A DNA stretch of 64,000 nt, from contig OZ116706.1 of the NCBI GenBank assembly GCA_964199315.1, forward strand, positions 11,780,001-11,844,000, in the 5' to 3' direction. Every line of letters starts with the position of its first letter. Position 1 is the first letter of the stretch. The DNA is from Orbicella franksi. Its lineage: Eukaryota. The notes beneath the pieces were generated by a model, which made no database searches, was not told where the DNA came from, and saw only the letters and a program-made list of their open reading frames with translations. Both the position numbers and the translations under genes were made by a program. Shown one piece after another: positions 34,101 to 47,219 of this stretch.

Positions 34101-37100
34101 TAACCACGTAACCATGACGCTACCACGGTAACACAAGCAGCGTCCATCAACTATTTTTGTCCACAAGTAATTAAGTAGATCTATTCCAAATTATAGCGAC
34201 TGCCAAGGGACATTTTCAAAATTATAAGGTGTTGGTGCTTATGGTAGGAAACGCAAGCGAGGAAATGTCTGCACCCCATTAATTTATTGACCAGACAAAC
34301 CACAAAGATGCAATCACACAATTTAATCTCCTATAACCCGATCAAGAGATGGTCAGCATCCGACAAATTTAGCGGCGGAAAGAACGTGTGGCAGGAGGGC
34401 AGCGTCACTAGCTGGCCTTCTTTCTCCATGCTTCACCAATGCTTCTAACAGGCTCAACATGCCATGCAGCTTTCGTGGTTCAATTCATGTCGCAGCTTAG
34501 AAGGCGTTTGCAGCAGGAATGTTCATGTCAGCGTAGACGTTTGCCATCATGGTGTAGGCACAGGTAACACAATCTGAAGGAAAAAACCCTGAAATGTTAG
34601 TACAGAGGGTTTATGACCTCCCCAACTAATACTGAGTGTGCGGCGGAAACTGGTAAAGCACGATAATCGTTTTGGCCGACAGTATAGTCATTAGTTACTA
34701 AGCTGAATTTAGGATATTGAGAAACGTGGTGACACCCTCTTGTGAACATATTTACGCCGTATGACGTCCTAAGATTCTAAAATCCTGTATAAGACTCGTG
34801 ATAACGCACTGTTGGTGGATATACACGTAGGAGTTGTGTCGGAGTGGCACGTCTTGGATACCACCCGCACTTTCCAGACAAGGAAGTCTAAAGAAATATT
34901 GCTGTGCTTAAATTCAAAGTGGGAAGAGGTTTTCTACACAACAACAGATTAGCTACCCGCCTCCTAAAAGCGGTAAATTAAACTTCGAAGGAATTTTAAG
35001 CTTTCATGGCATTCTCTGCCAAACCAGCGCTAAGATACCTCCTTCACTAAACAATGTTGTAATCTCAATCCACCGTGGGAAAATTAGGCTTTCCGTGCGA
35101 GAGGCAGTCCCAAACGATCGAGTTGCATGTTTTACGTTTATTAGGCTGCCACACTTATCCTTAGAGAAAAATGAGAACAAAGCCGGCAGATTAGTTACCT
35201 AACTGTTCAACACTATCGCGACACGCCTTGCCTATATTTACTGTTGACTCTATTTCCAAGCAGTCCATTTCAATTTAGTTTATCGATTATTTCTTTAGCA
35301 GACATTCTCAGTCAAACCCTCCAATACGCCATGATATCAGTTACAAAACTTTAACAGTCGCGATCTTGAACAAAACGAATGAAACGTAACCTTAGTCAAG
35401 AAAGAGTGGCATGAGAGCGCATTTTTCAACGCCAAATATAGTCATAAATTGTTACTAATAATCCATTTTTCGTACGGAAACACCGAATGTGTTCGAGTAC
35501 TTTGTACTCGTATTTTGGCAGTAGCCCTTGTTGAATTTAAGGGTTTGGTCACGCGATTCTTAGACATGTCAGGTTCAGGACTATTTTCCAAATGCTCTAA
35601 AATAGGACTCCATTCTAGTTATAGCGAATAGTATTTTGAAAGTGTTGCAAAACTTAATAAATTGATTAATAACGGATTGTCATGTCCAACAAAAACAAAG
35701 GCCGAACTTAAAACAACTCGTTTTGTTTGACTTAAAACGTTGCCCTGAATTCCGCTTGTGTTGTTTATGGTTGCTAGTATTCCATCATAAAATAGTCATT
35801 CGTTTCGTTTGTTGTTTGTCTCTCACCTGCAACTTAGCAATCTGAAGACTACATCATGAACCAAGCGACAAAGACTTAACTCCACAAATTACCAACCAAA
35901 AAGAACCTAATAACATTTATAGTAAACAAACGTCCTAGCTCAGACATGGTACGCTAAACATCTGAGTGGCTTTAAACATCCCCTGCCAGACGAACTGGCT
36001 CGATTGTGTTTCTGCATTTACTCTTCTGCATCAAGATGGATTGTTTATCAGCACATTACAAAAGGGCGAGAAATCCAACGAACAGCAGCAAAATTTGACT
36101 TGTTAAAAACGAAAGAAATATCTGTTTTTGTGAAACAGAGCCTCCTGGCCAATTCATACTGGGCAACAACAGTAGTGTAGAGACGTCAGATCCTTCACGG
36201 ACCCTCCCCTTGAAAACGGGGCGAACACTGAGTTGTCGTAAGGCAAAGAGCAACAAAATACCTTTCAGTTAGAGAAGCTACGTTCGTAGGAGCCACCTCA
36301 TTGCAATATCTACGGCGACCTTGTCACAAACAAACCTTAAATACGAATACTACTTCAATACAGAAATCAGCCTATCACCATAGGCTGCAGACAACAAATG
36401 ATCCTTCAGTGGCCTATTTACATCACTTACATGCAATGAAGATCGATGGAAACCGTGGCAAGAACAGTCAACCGAAAAACTGATACTCGTGGAAAGACTG
36501 ACGAGTTTTGACTTTGCAAAGTATGCAGGTCCATACCCAAATGTTAAGCGTACGACGGCGACGCGATTCATGTGCGGCCTGCTGCATGAGGTGGCCTCAG
36601 TAAAGAGGCGTGGATTTCAATCCAGATGTTGAGAGTTACCGCCTGTTGGCCATCAGGCACCTACCATGTTTAGCACTTAAGGTCGAGTGAAGCCCTTCCT
36701 TAATCATAGAATTGTGGAATTGAAACAAATGTCGAATAAATGCCTTCCGGCAGCTGTCTCCACAGAGAAGCTGAGAGATGATGTTACATATTCCGCTATA
36801 TACTAAAACCAAGAGGTGAATGGAAGGAGAAATCTCCCATTCAGCCGTTGACCCGAAGACCAGTGGCCTAGACGACTTTCATTTTTCTAAATCCTTCTAA
36901 CGCATCCTAAGTAGGCTGTATTATGTAGTATTTCCTTGATTAGAGAAAGGCTAGACGACTGCTGAGCAGGGCACAGTCATCTTACCGACGGTGCATAAAC
37001 TTTACCTTTGAAATAATTCTAAAGCTATAAGAGTTACTGACTACTGAAATCCGGCAATATGCAGTGGACGTGATTACCTCAATAACAAAAGCAGTGTGAT

Positions 37101-40100
37101 AATTTTAGGCAAAAGGAGTTTCAGTGTAGATTTTGATATTAACAAAATACTTCCCAAAAGAATACTCTTAAACTATTTCTTGATGTTGTCGATGCTTTTC
37201 AAGAAAACGTACCCTAAACGATAAAAGTGATACTTCAAATTTGTAATTGCACAGTTTAGATCATTCCAATGATGATCGAGCGGTCGTTTTAGTTCAGACA
37301 GTCAGTGTGCTTGTTGTAAAAGAACTGAAGGAGTTAACAAGCTGTCCTCGGGACGCTTCTTGTCAAATTTGGAAATGTAGGGATGTTGATTTACTCATAA
37401 AATCTCAACATTATTCGTGAACCTCGTGCAGCTAAAGAACAACATTACTCGCCCATGAAGAGGTTTCTAATTGAGCAAATCGTCGTGGCAGAGTACTTAC
37501 GCGAAAGCTACTCTTTTTTCAAATGTTAAATTTGCCCACGGCCAGTACTCCGTGTGTTTTGCTACTCTCGCATCACTGATACAGTATAGAACATCGGCGT
37601 GACAAGCTTTTCTCTCTAAGAAACGTTCTCAGTACTACGGCTTTGTCCTCTGGGTTACTCTCATCGTGCTCAGTTCTCGTCATCCATATTTATTATCGTA
37701 AGTAAATGGCAATTCAAACCCGCGAGTTTGTTTGAAAACTGAGTTTAAAAATGACCTTCATTGGGCAAGCATCCTTCCGTGAGGAATAGTGTTGTGAAAA
37801 CATATTATACATATATGCACCGGCCACATACATGGGAACACCAGCATTGACGAGCTTCAAGGAAAACGCAGAAGTGTTTCTTGACGAGCCAGTCACTGTG
37901 ATTGATTTGAAAACACTTGCGATGAAAGATTTTTCGAATGTCCCGGATTTTTCCTTTATTTTGTTTTACAGTTGAAAAATTTCAACGAGGGCCTGAAAGC
38001 ATTCTCTTCATAGAGCTTTAAATTTTAAAAATTATTGCTAAATTCAGTAGTTTCTCCCGGCTTAGCACATTGTATTGTAATAAAAACATAATAATAAATA
38101 TAATGTAAAAACAATTGCATTTATTTATTGAACTGATCGGTCATCCAGCAAGGGCCCTTGTGTACGTGTGGGAAACACGCTGCATAAAACACATGATGTA
38201 CCTTCCAGAACTAGGTCACATTGTTGTCTTTAACGAAACACTGATTTCTACAGAAACAGGAAGGAAAGCATTATAAGCTTTAGTTCCTTTATTGCGTCAC
38301 CCACCAAACGGAGTGTCACCAACTCAACGGCTATCATCTATTATCTTTCGAACTCACCAAATAATCATTTCTCAATATTACGTAACCAATCTTAAGGATT
38401 AAATGAAGATTTCCTATCAGGAAAATTAGATGAAAGACTTTCAATATTGAAATAAACTTCATCGTTATATGATACTATTGATATGGTACTGACCGATCAA
38501 TGTAGCTAAATCTTTGCGGGCTCGTCACGGGCGGTTCACATCACGCGGCTTTGAAAACATAGTACGATTGATAAATAAACAGCTTAATTGAGCGATGATA
38601 GACAACGAATAGCTGTCTGTCCATTTGGAAACATATGGTGATAGTTTACACCAACGCTTTAGGCGAGGATAGCCATTTTCAAAACATATCACTTTAAGAT
38701 TTGCGGTACAAATCACATTGCTTCATAGATTTTCCTTGGTAAAAGGCAGTTGAGTGGTATGGTTTAAAGACGACTTCCTGTTCTTGCGTTTTTAAGCCAT
38801 CTACTTTTACCTGAAGGATTCTTCTGAAAGCAGACTTGTTCGTCACAATCGCTTGCCTCCGTTGTGCATGTCGTGAGCGCAAATTTAGCTAGACTTGAAA
38901 CCTTATACTCATTGAAATAATGAGTTCCTATTCATGTTAATGCGACACTTATCTAGATTCTTATCAGTATATTAAGCTAATTAAGTGTATGGTGTGAATG
39001 GTGTCTGGTTTCATGTACGCCAAGATTGGTTTAACACAGGTCAAGAGGGACGTGTGACTTTTCTGCTGTGGAGGATTACTCAGCCCTTTTACAGACCTGC
39101 ATAGATCCGTCGAAAAATCCAAAGAATGTGCTTTTGAGTGAGCGCGTTTCCTTCAAGAATAACGCTTGATAAAGGCCATCGATCTGGAGGAACAATGTCA
39201 ACTCAGGAAGTTGAGCAATTTCAGTCTTTCCCACAAATCCAGATGTGTCGAGTTGCTACTGCTATCGGATGAAGATCTTTGTTCTCATCATCACGGAATA
39301 AATGAAATGTTTCTTTGTCTTAAATAGCTAACCTAATCAAAAGCTTTTCAAATGCACTGGATGGATTTCGTCGGCGTCTCTGTGCTTTCTTCGGCTCTGA
39401 TAGTAAATACTCATCAGCGTGGGAAAATAAGTTAGCCTTGTCAACAGCCATTCCTCTCTCAACGGTAACACGCACTTTTGTTTAAAGCAAAGCAATTTTA
39501 GCATTTCCAATAGTGTCGGAATAGTGGTGCCTCGTTGATATCTTATTGTTAATAGGTTGGTAGTTCGTGCCGTAGATAAATTTTTAAACTAAAGCTCGTT
39601 TTGTTAGAGAGCAATTTGTAATGATCTACCTTCATTATTTCAAGGGAAAAGGACAGAGAAAAAAAATTATAGGGCGGCCTGTTTTGTGTTTAACTTAGAA
39701 TGCATAAATTGATGGGTGTATCGGCCAAAAGCTCTGAATTGCGCCGATCTCTCGCTATCTTAAATAAATAAACCGATCTGGGGGTGCTACCAATTTCCGT
39801 CAACTATCATACCAAACAAACAAACGTTTAAACAGTGTAAAGTGGTTATCTTTAACGAAGGTCAGCGTTAGTAACATGAACACCACGCTACCAGTCTTAC
39901 ATTCAAAAAATCTTGATAATTTCAGAGGAACTCGACTTTTTCCGCAGCTGGTTTTGAAGGCCGCTGTTGAGAATTGATCTTCAGTTTAAGAGCCGTGAAA
40001 TATTGGATAGACAAGATTGTCAGCTTTTAGATTCGGTGCTATTATCTTTCATCAAAAGAGGAGAGGTCTAACCTTGCCTCTCAGCCCCGCTTAACACAAA

Positions 40101-40223
40101 CCTTTCTTAACTTTTCTTTTCCTGGTGCGGCTGCAAGCTATCCTAGAAAAGCTGCCCTTGTTTTTGTTGGTTAAGGACCAAAACAAGCAAGACCACAAAA
40201 TATGACGGTCATGATTTTTTTCG

Positions 40224-40255
<32 letters not shown>

Positions 40256-40385
40256 GCTGTTGTAAAACACTAGATGTATTTAGCAAATTTATAATTATTT
40301 TGCAAATTAAAGGCTCCTGCAAAACTTTTTTCTTTTACTTGGAGAACAAGCTCCCGACAGTATAACCAAGGAGGTGTTCTTTCCT

Positions 40386-40421
<36 letters not shown>

Positions 40422-40678
40422 TTATCGCAACTCTAAATTCAATAATACGTTCCGTATGTGCATGTGACGTGTTGAGTATCATAATGAGTGGCATTTGACG
40501 TTCTATTTTGGGACAAGGTCTCGTCCCAGTGCCTTCCCCTAAAAGAATTGACAAATACCTAGGCTGTCATCAAAGTATTAATTGCTGTTTATTGCCTGTT
40601 TGCCAAAGAACTTAGCAGCTTGCGTGAATCGGGTGCGACAAACGAACGCAGCGTCTGTGAAGTATACAACAAGTCGTA

Positions 40679-40766
40679 ATGGAGTCTTCACCTCCACTCT
40701 CGCTGAAGGCTAATGCTTTTTCCATAGCTTCTCTGATGTCTTCCAGAGATGATCGAAGCGATTTTG
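40679..40766 (+). CDS. Tbx20: T-box factor Tbx20 paralogue A, exon 1 of 7 (model 40679-45235, 399 aa)
   Basis: MESSPPLSLKANAFSIASLM, an eh1-type FSIxxLM motif as at the vertebrate TBX20 N-terminus. Donor G|GTAAGT. Confidence 0.85.
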
Positions 40767-40951
40767 GTAAGTGCTCAAAACCGTTGCTGGTATTTTAACA
40801 CACTTATCAGCTAAGTCATCCGTTTTGAGATTTTCACAAAGTGGCGCAAATTTTTGAGCGTGTTGGACGTACCGTACTAAGAATCCCTCAAAACAAAGCA
40901 TACTGAGCTCGTTATTGTGTTACAAATCATAATTTGTATTCTGTCATTTAG

Positions 40952-41195
40952 ACCCAAGAGAGTCTCCGAAGGACAGAGAGAGCGCTTCCGAAGACGAAAG
41001 CGCCCAGCCACCACCGGCCAAAAGGATGAAATCCTTGTCAAGTGAAGTAGCCACCGACGACGAAGACGGCGGCGAAGTGTTCGAAAACCCGTTCAAGGAC
41101 GAGTTGAAGAACATAACTGTGGAATTGGAAGGGAAAGAGCTATGGGAACGATTCAGTGAACTAGGAACTGAAATGATCATCACCAAGGCTGGAAG
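40952..41195 (+). CDS. Tbx20: Tbx20-A exon 2
   Basis: ...LEGKELWERFSELGTEMIITKAGR. 244 nt, phase 1 to 2. Confidence 0.9.
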
Positions 41196-41584
41196 GTGAA
41201 ACATCCACTGTTGGAATGTTAAATGTACTAACCTGGAAAAAAGCGGCGTTTACGTTGTGCCACCAACTGATCCATGCGCTAACCGCTAATAAATCGGTGC
41301 CGGAAGTCAAAGTTGTTAAAAAAGATAAGAGCTGTTTTGTAAACAGCTTCTTTACTTTCGCACAAACAGACAACATTTTGCCATTAACGTTTCTCACGGG
41401 TGTGAATTAGCTCATTCACGCAAACAAACTACTGAACCTAAAGTTATGATTTGACACCTGATAAGTGATGTAAGTCACAATCTCGATGATTTAATTTGCC
41501 AGACACGTAACTTTACGGACTTTATGTAAATAACTATCTATATTATCCTGCCAGGTAATTTGAAGTTTGCCCCTTTGCTTGCAG

Positions 41585-41858
41585 GCGAATGTTTCCCACA
41601 CTAAGAATATCCGTAAACGGCGTCAACCCTAAAGCAAATTACATGGTCCTAATGGATATTGTGCCTGTTGACGACAAACGCTACAGATACGCCTACCACC
41701 GTTCAACATGGCTTGTGGCTGGTAAGGCTGATCCACCAGCTCCTGTTAGACTTTATATGCATCCAGATTCACCTTTTACAGGCGAGCAGCTGTTAAAGCA
41801 GATCATATCGTTCGAGAAAGTAAAACTGACCAACAACGACGGCGACCGTAATGGGCAT
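41585..41858 (+). CDS. Tbx20: Tbx20-A exon 3 (T-box)
   Basis: [59 protein letters not shown] is the Tbx20 signature. 274 nt. Confidence 0.95.
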
Positions 41859-42241
41859 GTAAGTTCTAAACGGTATCACTTTCTGCATTATATCTGCCGT
41901 TAAGTTTGACTAAGACATTCGTTGTAAAATAGCCAGAGATCAAATTCGTATTCTTTATTTACTACGTTTCCCGTTTGCAGCGTCCACGAGAAAGCAATTG
42001 TAGTTTCCTAACATCCTCACCATTCTTATGCCATGAGATCTATTTCAAAGAAACAACTAGATTCCAGCTACATTTATGCGCCAGAAACTTGATCGATTGA
42101 CCCAAGTTTGCTGTGTCTGTCGTTTCCTCCTAGGAGATTGGGAAAACACGCCACTGAATGAAATGACGTTTTCTTCATAACTCAGCTCTCTATCCTTCCA
42201 TAAAGCGTCTTAATGATATCTTATGGTTTCAAACCTTGCAG

Positions 42242-42400
42242 CTTATTCTAAATTCCATGCATAAATACCAGCCAAGAGTGCATATCATTCGTAAACGTGA
42301 CCACACAGCTTCTGTAATCAATCTCAAGTCCGAGGAGATGAAAACATTCACCTTTCCAGAGACGAATTTCATCGGAGTAACAGCGTACCAAAATCAACTG
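42242..42400 (+). CDS. Tbx20: Tbx20-A exon 4 (T-box)
   Basis: LILNSMHKYQPRVHIIRKRDHTAS..VTAYQNQL. 159 nt, canonical splice sites. Confidence 0.95.
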
Positions 42401-42978
42401 GTAAGTCATCGGAAGCGAACTGTTCCATTCAATCCTACGTTTCTTTCATTTCGCAAAATTCACCTTATTCGAATCTCAAGCTGTTCGAATCTACTTGAAC
42501 AACAGACAAACCTTGGAATAACAAAATGTTTTTTACCTGCTTTCATTTTAATTAAATTATCATTTAATTAGGAAAAGCGCATGCAACATCGACAACTACA
42601 GTCTTTGATCCTTCTCTCTTAGCTATCTACCCTGAAACGCAAATGCCATCGCCTAACTGAAGGGAATTAATAGTATTAGTGTGCTTGTCAACAACAAACC
42701 AAAACAGGTTTTTTTTTTCATGAAACGCTGTGAACTTACAACCCAAGCTTTTTCCCACCATAAGATGTAATTTTCGATGTGGAAAAAAAATGACAGAGCT
42801 GGATCGTGATCGGAAATATGTTCAAATTAAATCTAGAAAACTAAGAAACGGATATGGTCTCCTTGCACATTTGCAAGCCTTTTTTCAGTCATCGCTGTCA
42901 ATTTCTTTTCGCGTGATCCTTACCTAATGATATGTTTGATAACTACTAGAGTTCCGTCTTTAATTTTCCGTTCTGTAG

Positions 42979-43055
42979 ATCACACGATTAAAAATAGACA
43001 GCAATCCATTTGCCAAAGGTTTCCGGGACTCAGCACGTCTTATTCCAGTAGAAAG
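42979..43055 (+). CDS. Tbx20: Tbx20-A exon 5 (T-box end)
   Basis: ITRLKIDSNPFAKGFRDS. 77 nt. Confidence 0.95.
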
Positions 43056-43552
43056 GTGGGTGGAACTTTGGTCAGACAAACAAAAGCTGAGTTTGTCAAC
43101 TGAGTACCTATGCTATTGTTCTCTAGACTGGAGTAATTCAAATTGTGGTTAGATGTTTCTGTTCAATTGAAGATTATGTTATCCTTAGTCTAGAAAACAC
43201 ATAACAGACCGGATGAAGAAAACTTTTGAAAATGTCTATTACCGTTCCCACTACTGGAAGCAGTACTTTCAATTACATTCCTAGTTTTCTTCCAAACAGT
43301 TTTTTTCTGACACAGCTTTTGTCTCCTTCTCCTTCTTCTATTTCTACCGTGAAATGACAAGTGTCATCAGAAAACGTATTCCTTTGAGACTGCGGAATGA
43401 TGCATAGCATTCTGCGAAATATAAAATAATACTGTTCTCTTCACTTCGACGATGATGAACCAAAGTACCTTAGAATAACGCTCCTCCAGGGCTATCGTAA
43501 ACCGCCTACCCAAAGCAACAACTAAAAATGGTTATTTTCTGTTCTTTTTTAG

Positions 43553-43710
43553 AGATTCCTTTCACGACAGCCATCCGCATGCAATGATCCCAGACCCGAT
43601 GTACACTTCTGTTCCCTTCCCTCTTATGCCACAGTTGGGTGTTAACAACAGATACCAGTTACCCAAGATGGGTTGCAGATCGCAGGACAAGGCGTCTTTC
43701 TTTCAATCAG
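43553..43710 (+). CDS. Tbx20: Tbx20-A exon 6
   Basis: Polypyrimidine TTTTAG| acceptor and CAG|GTAACT donor. Open in phase 2 to 1. Confidence 0.7.
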
Positions 43711-45035
43711 GTAACTTTTGATATGTAAAATAAACAAAGTGTTTGGGAAGACCAGACCCAATACATGTGGAAAAATGTCCGTTTACCAAACAGAGAAAGC
43801 AAACATAATGGAAAAGAATCTACATCACACAAAAACATAACGAACAACAAAATTAGGAGTTTATTCATATTACCCTAATGGGTGGCATCTAAAAATTAAT
43901 CGATTCTTACCACAATCTACTTATAACGACTTCTTCTGCACTGCTCGTGCAACTCAATAAAAAAAATTAACTAGAAACATTGAAATTTTTGATAGAACAA
44001 ATTCTTTGATATAGACTCTGACTCGTGCTCGTGATACAAGAGAAGAAATGGTTTCTACTCTTGAAGTTGACATTTTCTTGTCAAGGATTGATCTTGTCTA
44101 GAAATATTTTTAGTTGCTTCATGTAAGTATAAGATAGGTAAAAATGTTTGGACTGATAAAGGAAAAAGCGCCTTTGGAACTTAAACCCGTGATACCCGCA
44201 AGGCAAATCCCTACAAAACCACACTTCTTGAAAGTGACGATTGTCACAATCGTTGTCGATAATTGGTCCTTTGTATTTCAAGCTGCATAGACAGTTCTTT
44301 CTGTGGTGGAAAACTGTAATTTACAAAACATCAGTTCACTTTGTAGCAGTTTACTTGTTGCTCCAATAGTTAAGTAATGTCACAATTACTTTTGTTGCCT
44401 GGTTTGCATTCTCCTCTTCATAGCCATTTTTTTCGTTTAGTAGATCTCGGAAATCCTGCGGGCGAATTTTGCTTTCGGAATAGTTCATGATTGCTTATAG
44501 TAAGGATGGATACTGTTATTTCTGGCAGTTGTAATTTCATGAAAACAAATTGGTTAATTTGAAAATTTTATGAAGAGTACTCCTCATATAAGCATTTGCA
44601 CTGTGCGATGAAAATTCTGGAAAGTTCCTAAGTCGGAGAAAGCATCGGATCCACTCCTAGTTCAGTTCATCGACACCCAGACAAATTTATTTGAATGAAA
44701 CCTAATACTAGATTCAATTTGCTCAAGAATAGTGGGTCTTTATTCCTTTATAAACCTTTTTGTCGTCTTGTTTGATGGGAGAATTGCATCGGAGCTCTTT
44801 ATTTTTCTTTCCGTCAAAATTTTCCTGTTAACTCGTATTCAAAGAAATCTAACTGGATACCCGAGAGCTGTGGTTTTATGAAGAACGGCATTAAAAATAC
44901 ATTCCACTGGTCTGGCGTCTAATTTTGGCTACCCGCTTTTATAGGTTGCACCTTCAATAACTTCTAAAAACGTCTTGTGATTTCCTGCTTAGTCCTTTTT
45001 TTTAAATTTATGTCCTTTACAATCGTTTATTCAAG

Positions 45036-45235
45036 GTTGTCTTCCACCACCATCACCAGCTATTCCAAGGGTACCATTTACGGGAGTTCTGAGCGCGTTT
45101 CGCCAGCAGAGCTTACCTAATTTACTATCACCGACATTTGCTTCACCCAAGCCTATTGGAACACTGGAGGTACCTCCCCATCCACCTTACAGCGTTCACG
45201 GAGAGTTCCCTAGCTCAACATTGCCGTTCTTCTGA
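45036..45235 (+). CDS. Tbx20: Tbx20-A exon 7 (Pro/Ser-rich C-terminus)
   Basis: TTCAAG| acceptor, phase 1, open to TGA at 45233-45235. Confidence 0.65.
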
Positions 45236-46199
45236 GCTCTCAGGCTTCTAAACTGTGTAAAGTCTGGATAAACTGTCGAGTGTTCATAACGATGGGGAAG
45301 CTTTACATAGATACCACCCTCATGTCGAGAGGCACATGCAAAGAATAACGTCATCTCTGTCTCTGGCTCTGGGCCCATGTTTAAGCACAACGATTTTCGC
45401 GCCCTTGCTTCACCTTCCTTCTCCATCTTTCTTCTGGTATTTAATAAAGAAACGTTCCACTGAACACCTAAGTTAAAGACCTTTTAGGTGGATTTAAAAA
45501 AAGCAAGCCCGGATTTTAGCCATATTCGTTGTAAAATAAGAAGCATTTGACCACCCACTATGTACGATAATTTAAGTATATTTCTCGTTTTATATCTTAG
45601 TGGTAGCCATTAAGGCGCAATTTTAAATTAAACTTCATTGTGGAGAAGAATTAAATAACGAGTTCACAAACTGCGAATAGTTCTAACTGCCATCCTAACG
45701 TTGTTTACTATATTTCGTAGGGAAATTTCGCGGTTAACGTGAAGAGTTTATTTTACAATTTTGCACATCTGTTTTCTTCTTTCTGTATAAAGCTAAAGGT
45801 TTTCACGAAATCTGACATACTTCATTGCCTCGTGTTTGTAATTCAAATATACAAGTAAAAAGTCCTCGTTTTGAGCAGATAGCGGTAGGTCTTATAGACC
45901 AGTTTAATTAACAACTTTGGATATCTTTCTTTTATATTTTTAAATTGTACTTTTTACACTTCCCTTTGTGTTACAGACGATTTCCATCTCTATTACATTA
46001 AAGATTTTAAAAATGATATTTAATTAAAGTAAATAACTAAAGAATTGGATCAACCACCTTTCTATCTTTTTGTCTGTATGTTCTTAACTTCTTCTATTCT
46101 AAGTTACATATTTATTACCAGTATTTGATATATATTTTAAAATTTTTAATTCCAAATGAAGAAATGTAAAAGGAAAGACAAAACTTTCACCATTCGCAA

Positions 46200-47170
46200 G
46201 CAGGTAATTTAAATGGTGCACACCAATTAAAGTATTTGTTCTCCTGTTGATGAGTTTGATGTACGTTGTTTAAGTCTGTTAGCGCAGTTAAAATCTTTGA
46301 ATTTAGGAACCAAAGATGAATTGCCCAACGTACGAGAAAATAAATTTCAGATTGGGCCCTAAGATTTGATGCCCTTTCAGGATGAGCTTAAAAAAATCGT
46401 ATGGCGTTTAAAAGTTTCTCTCGCCTGCAAGATCTTTTCATTGTCTTTGACCAAAGAAGAGCTCCACCAAGTTAACAGATAGAATTTAATTGGACTTGAG
46501 ATACATCACCCTTAACTTACAGTAGAACTTCATGGGTGCTCTTAGCTAGAAAAAATATCAACATGCAAAGTTTAGAGTCAACCAAAATAAACTGTATTTG
46601 TAATGTATCAATCCGAAATAGAAAAAAGAAAGTTTCCTGTCCAATATTACCTAATTATAAGAACGTCGTGGTCTACAGACCCAAGACTGACGACCGATGT
46701 TGCTTTGTCGAATTTTTCGCGCATCAATCGAATCCGACCGCACAAACAAAACTACTGCATTATATCAATCCCAGCGCTAAGGTATATTCTACAAACTATG
46801 TCAGGCCTCAGCCATATTCCTACTGGATTCGCGATGGCCTTCTTTTTGCCTTTGCGAATTTTCGTGCCCAAGCATTTCAAGCATTTTGCATTCTTATCTT
46901 GCAATCTATATTTGATCCTTTTTTTAAAGGCGCAAAAAGTGTTTTATTTCTCGAAGTGCTACCAACAGAACGCCTAGTCGGACACGACAAGAGAGTCGAG
47001 AAATTTATATTCCAAAAAATTCGCCAATGGATGGCTATGATTACACGCCAACTTCTACGGCCTGAAAAGTTATCAAGAAATGTTTCTAGATCGAGGAAAG
47101 AGAATATTTATGTTGACATTCCACCTGAAAGGGTCAATGGGTTCCTCCGAGTTAAAAAAGTGGTTTCATG
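46200..47170 (-). mobile_element. Possible heavily decayed reverse-transcriptase fragment (Penelope-like?)
   Basis: Only scattered short motifs across minus frames (NFSTL, LFVR..KIRQ..IG, KDFN), with many stops. Confidence 0.25.
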
Positions 47171-47219
47171 TTGACAGTTTAAGCTTAGTTTTCAGATCAT
47201 CATTTAGTTATGATAGTTA

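Noticed and set aside
34497-34573. Orphan terminal-exon-like segment (minus strand, DCVTCAYTMMANVYADMNIPAANAF*)
   Set aside because: Good acceptor, but I could not build a credible upstream gene. Candidate exons at 35.2 and 36.0-36.6 kb give no recognisable protein.
39200-39440. Minus-strand DLWER motif suggesting a third T-box remnant
   Set aside because: Followed by an unrelated sequence and a stop, with no GTEMI motif.
44081-44281. Possible LINE endonuclease remnant in Tbx20-A intron 6
   Set aside because: Only a weak EVW..GY resemblance, insufficient without a search.
45261-45480. Open stretch with HRYHPH after the Tbx20-A stop, as a possible longer C-terminus
   Set aside because: It needs two frameshifts, and no phase-compatible acceptor reaches that frame.
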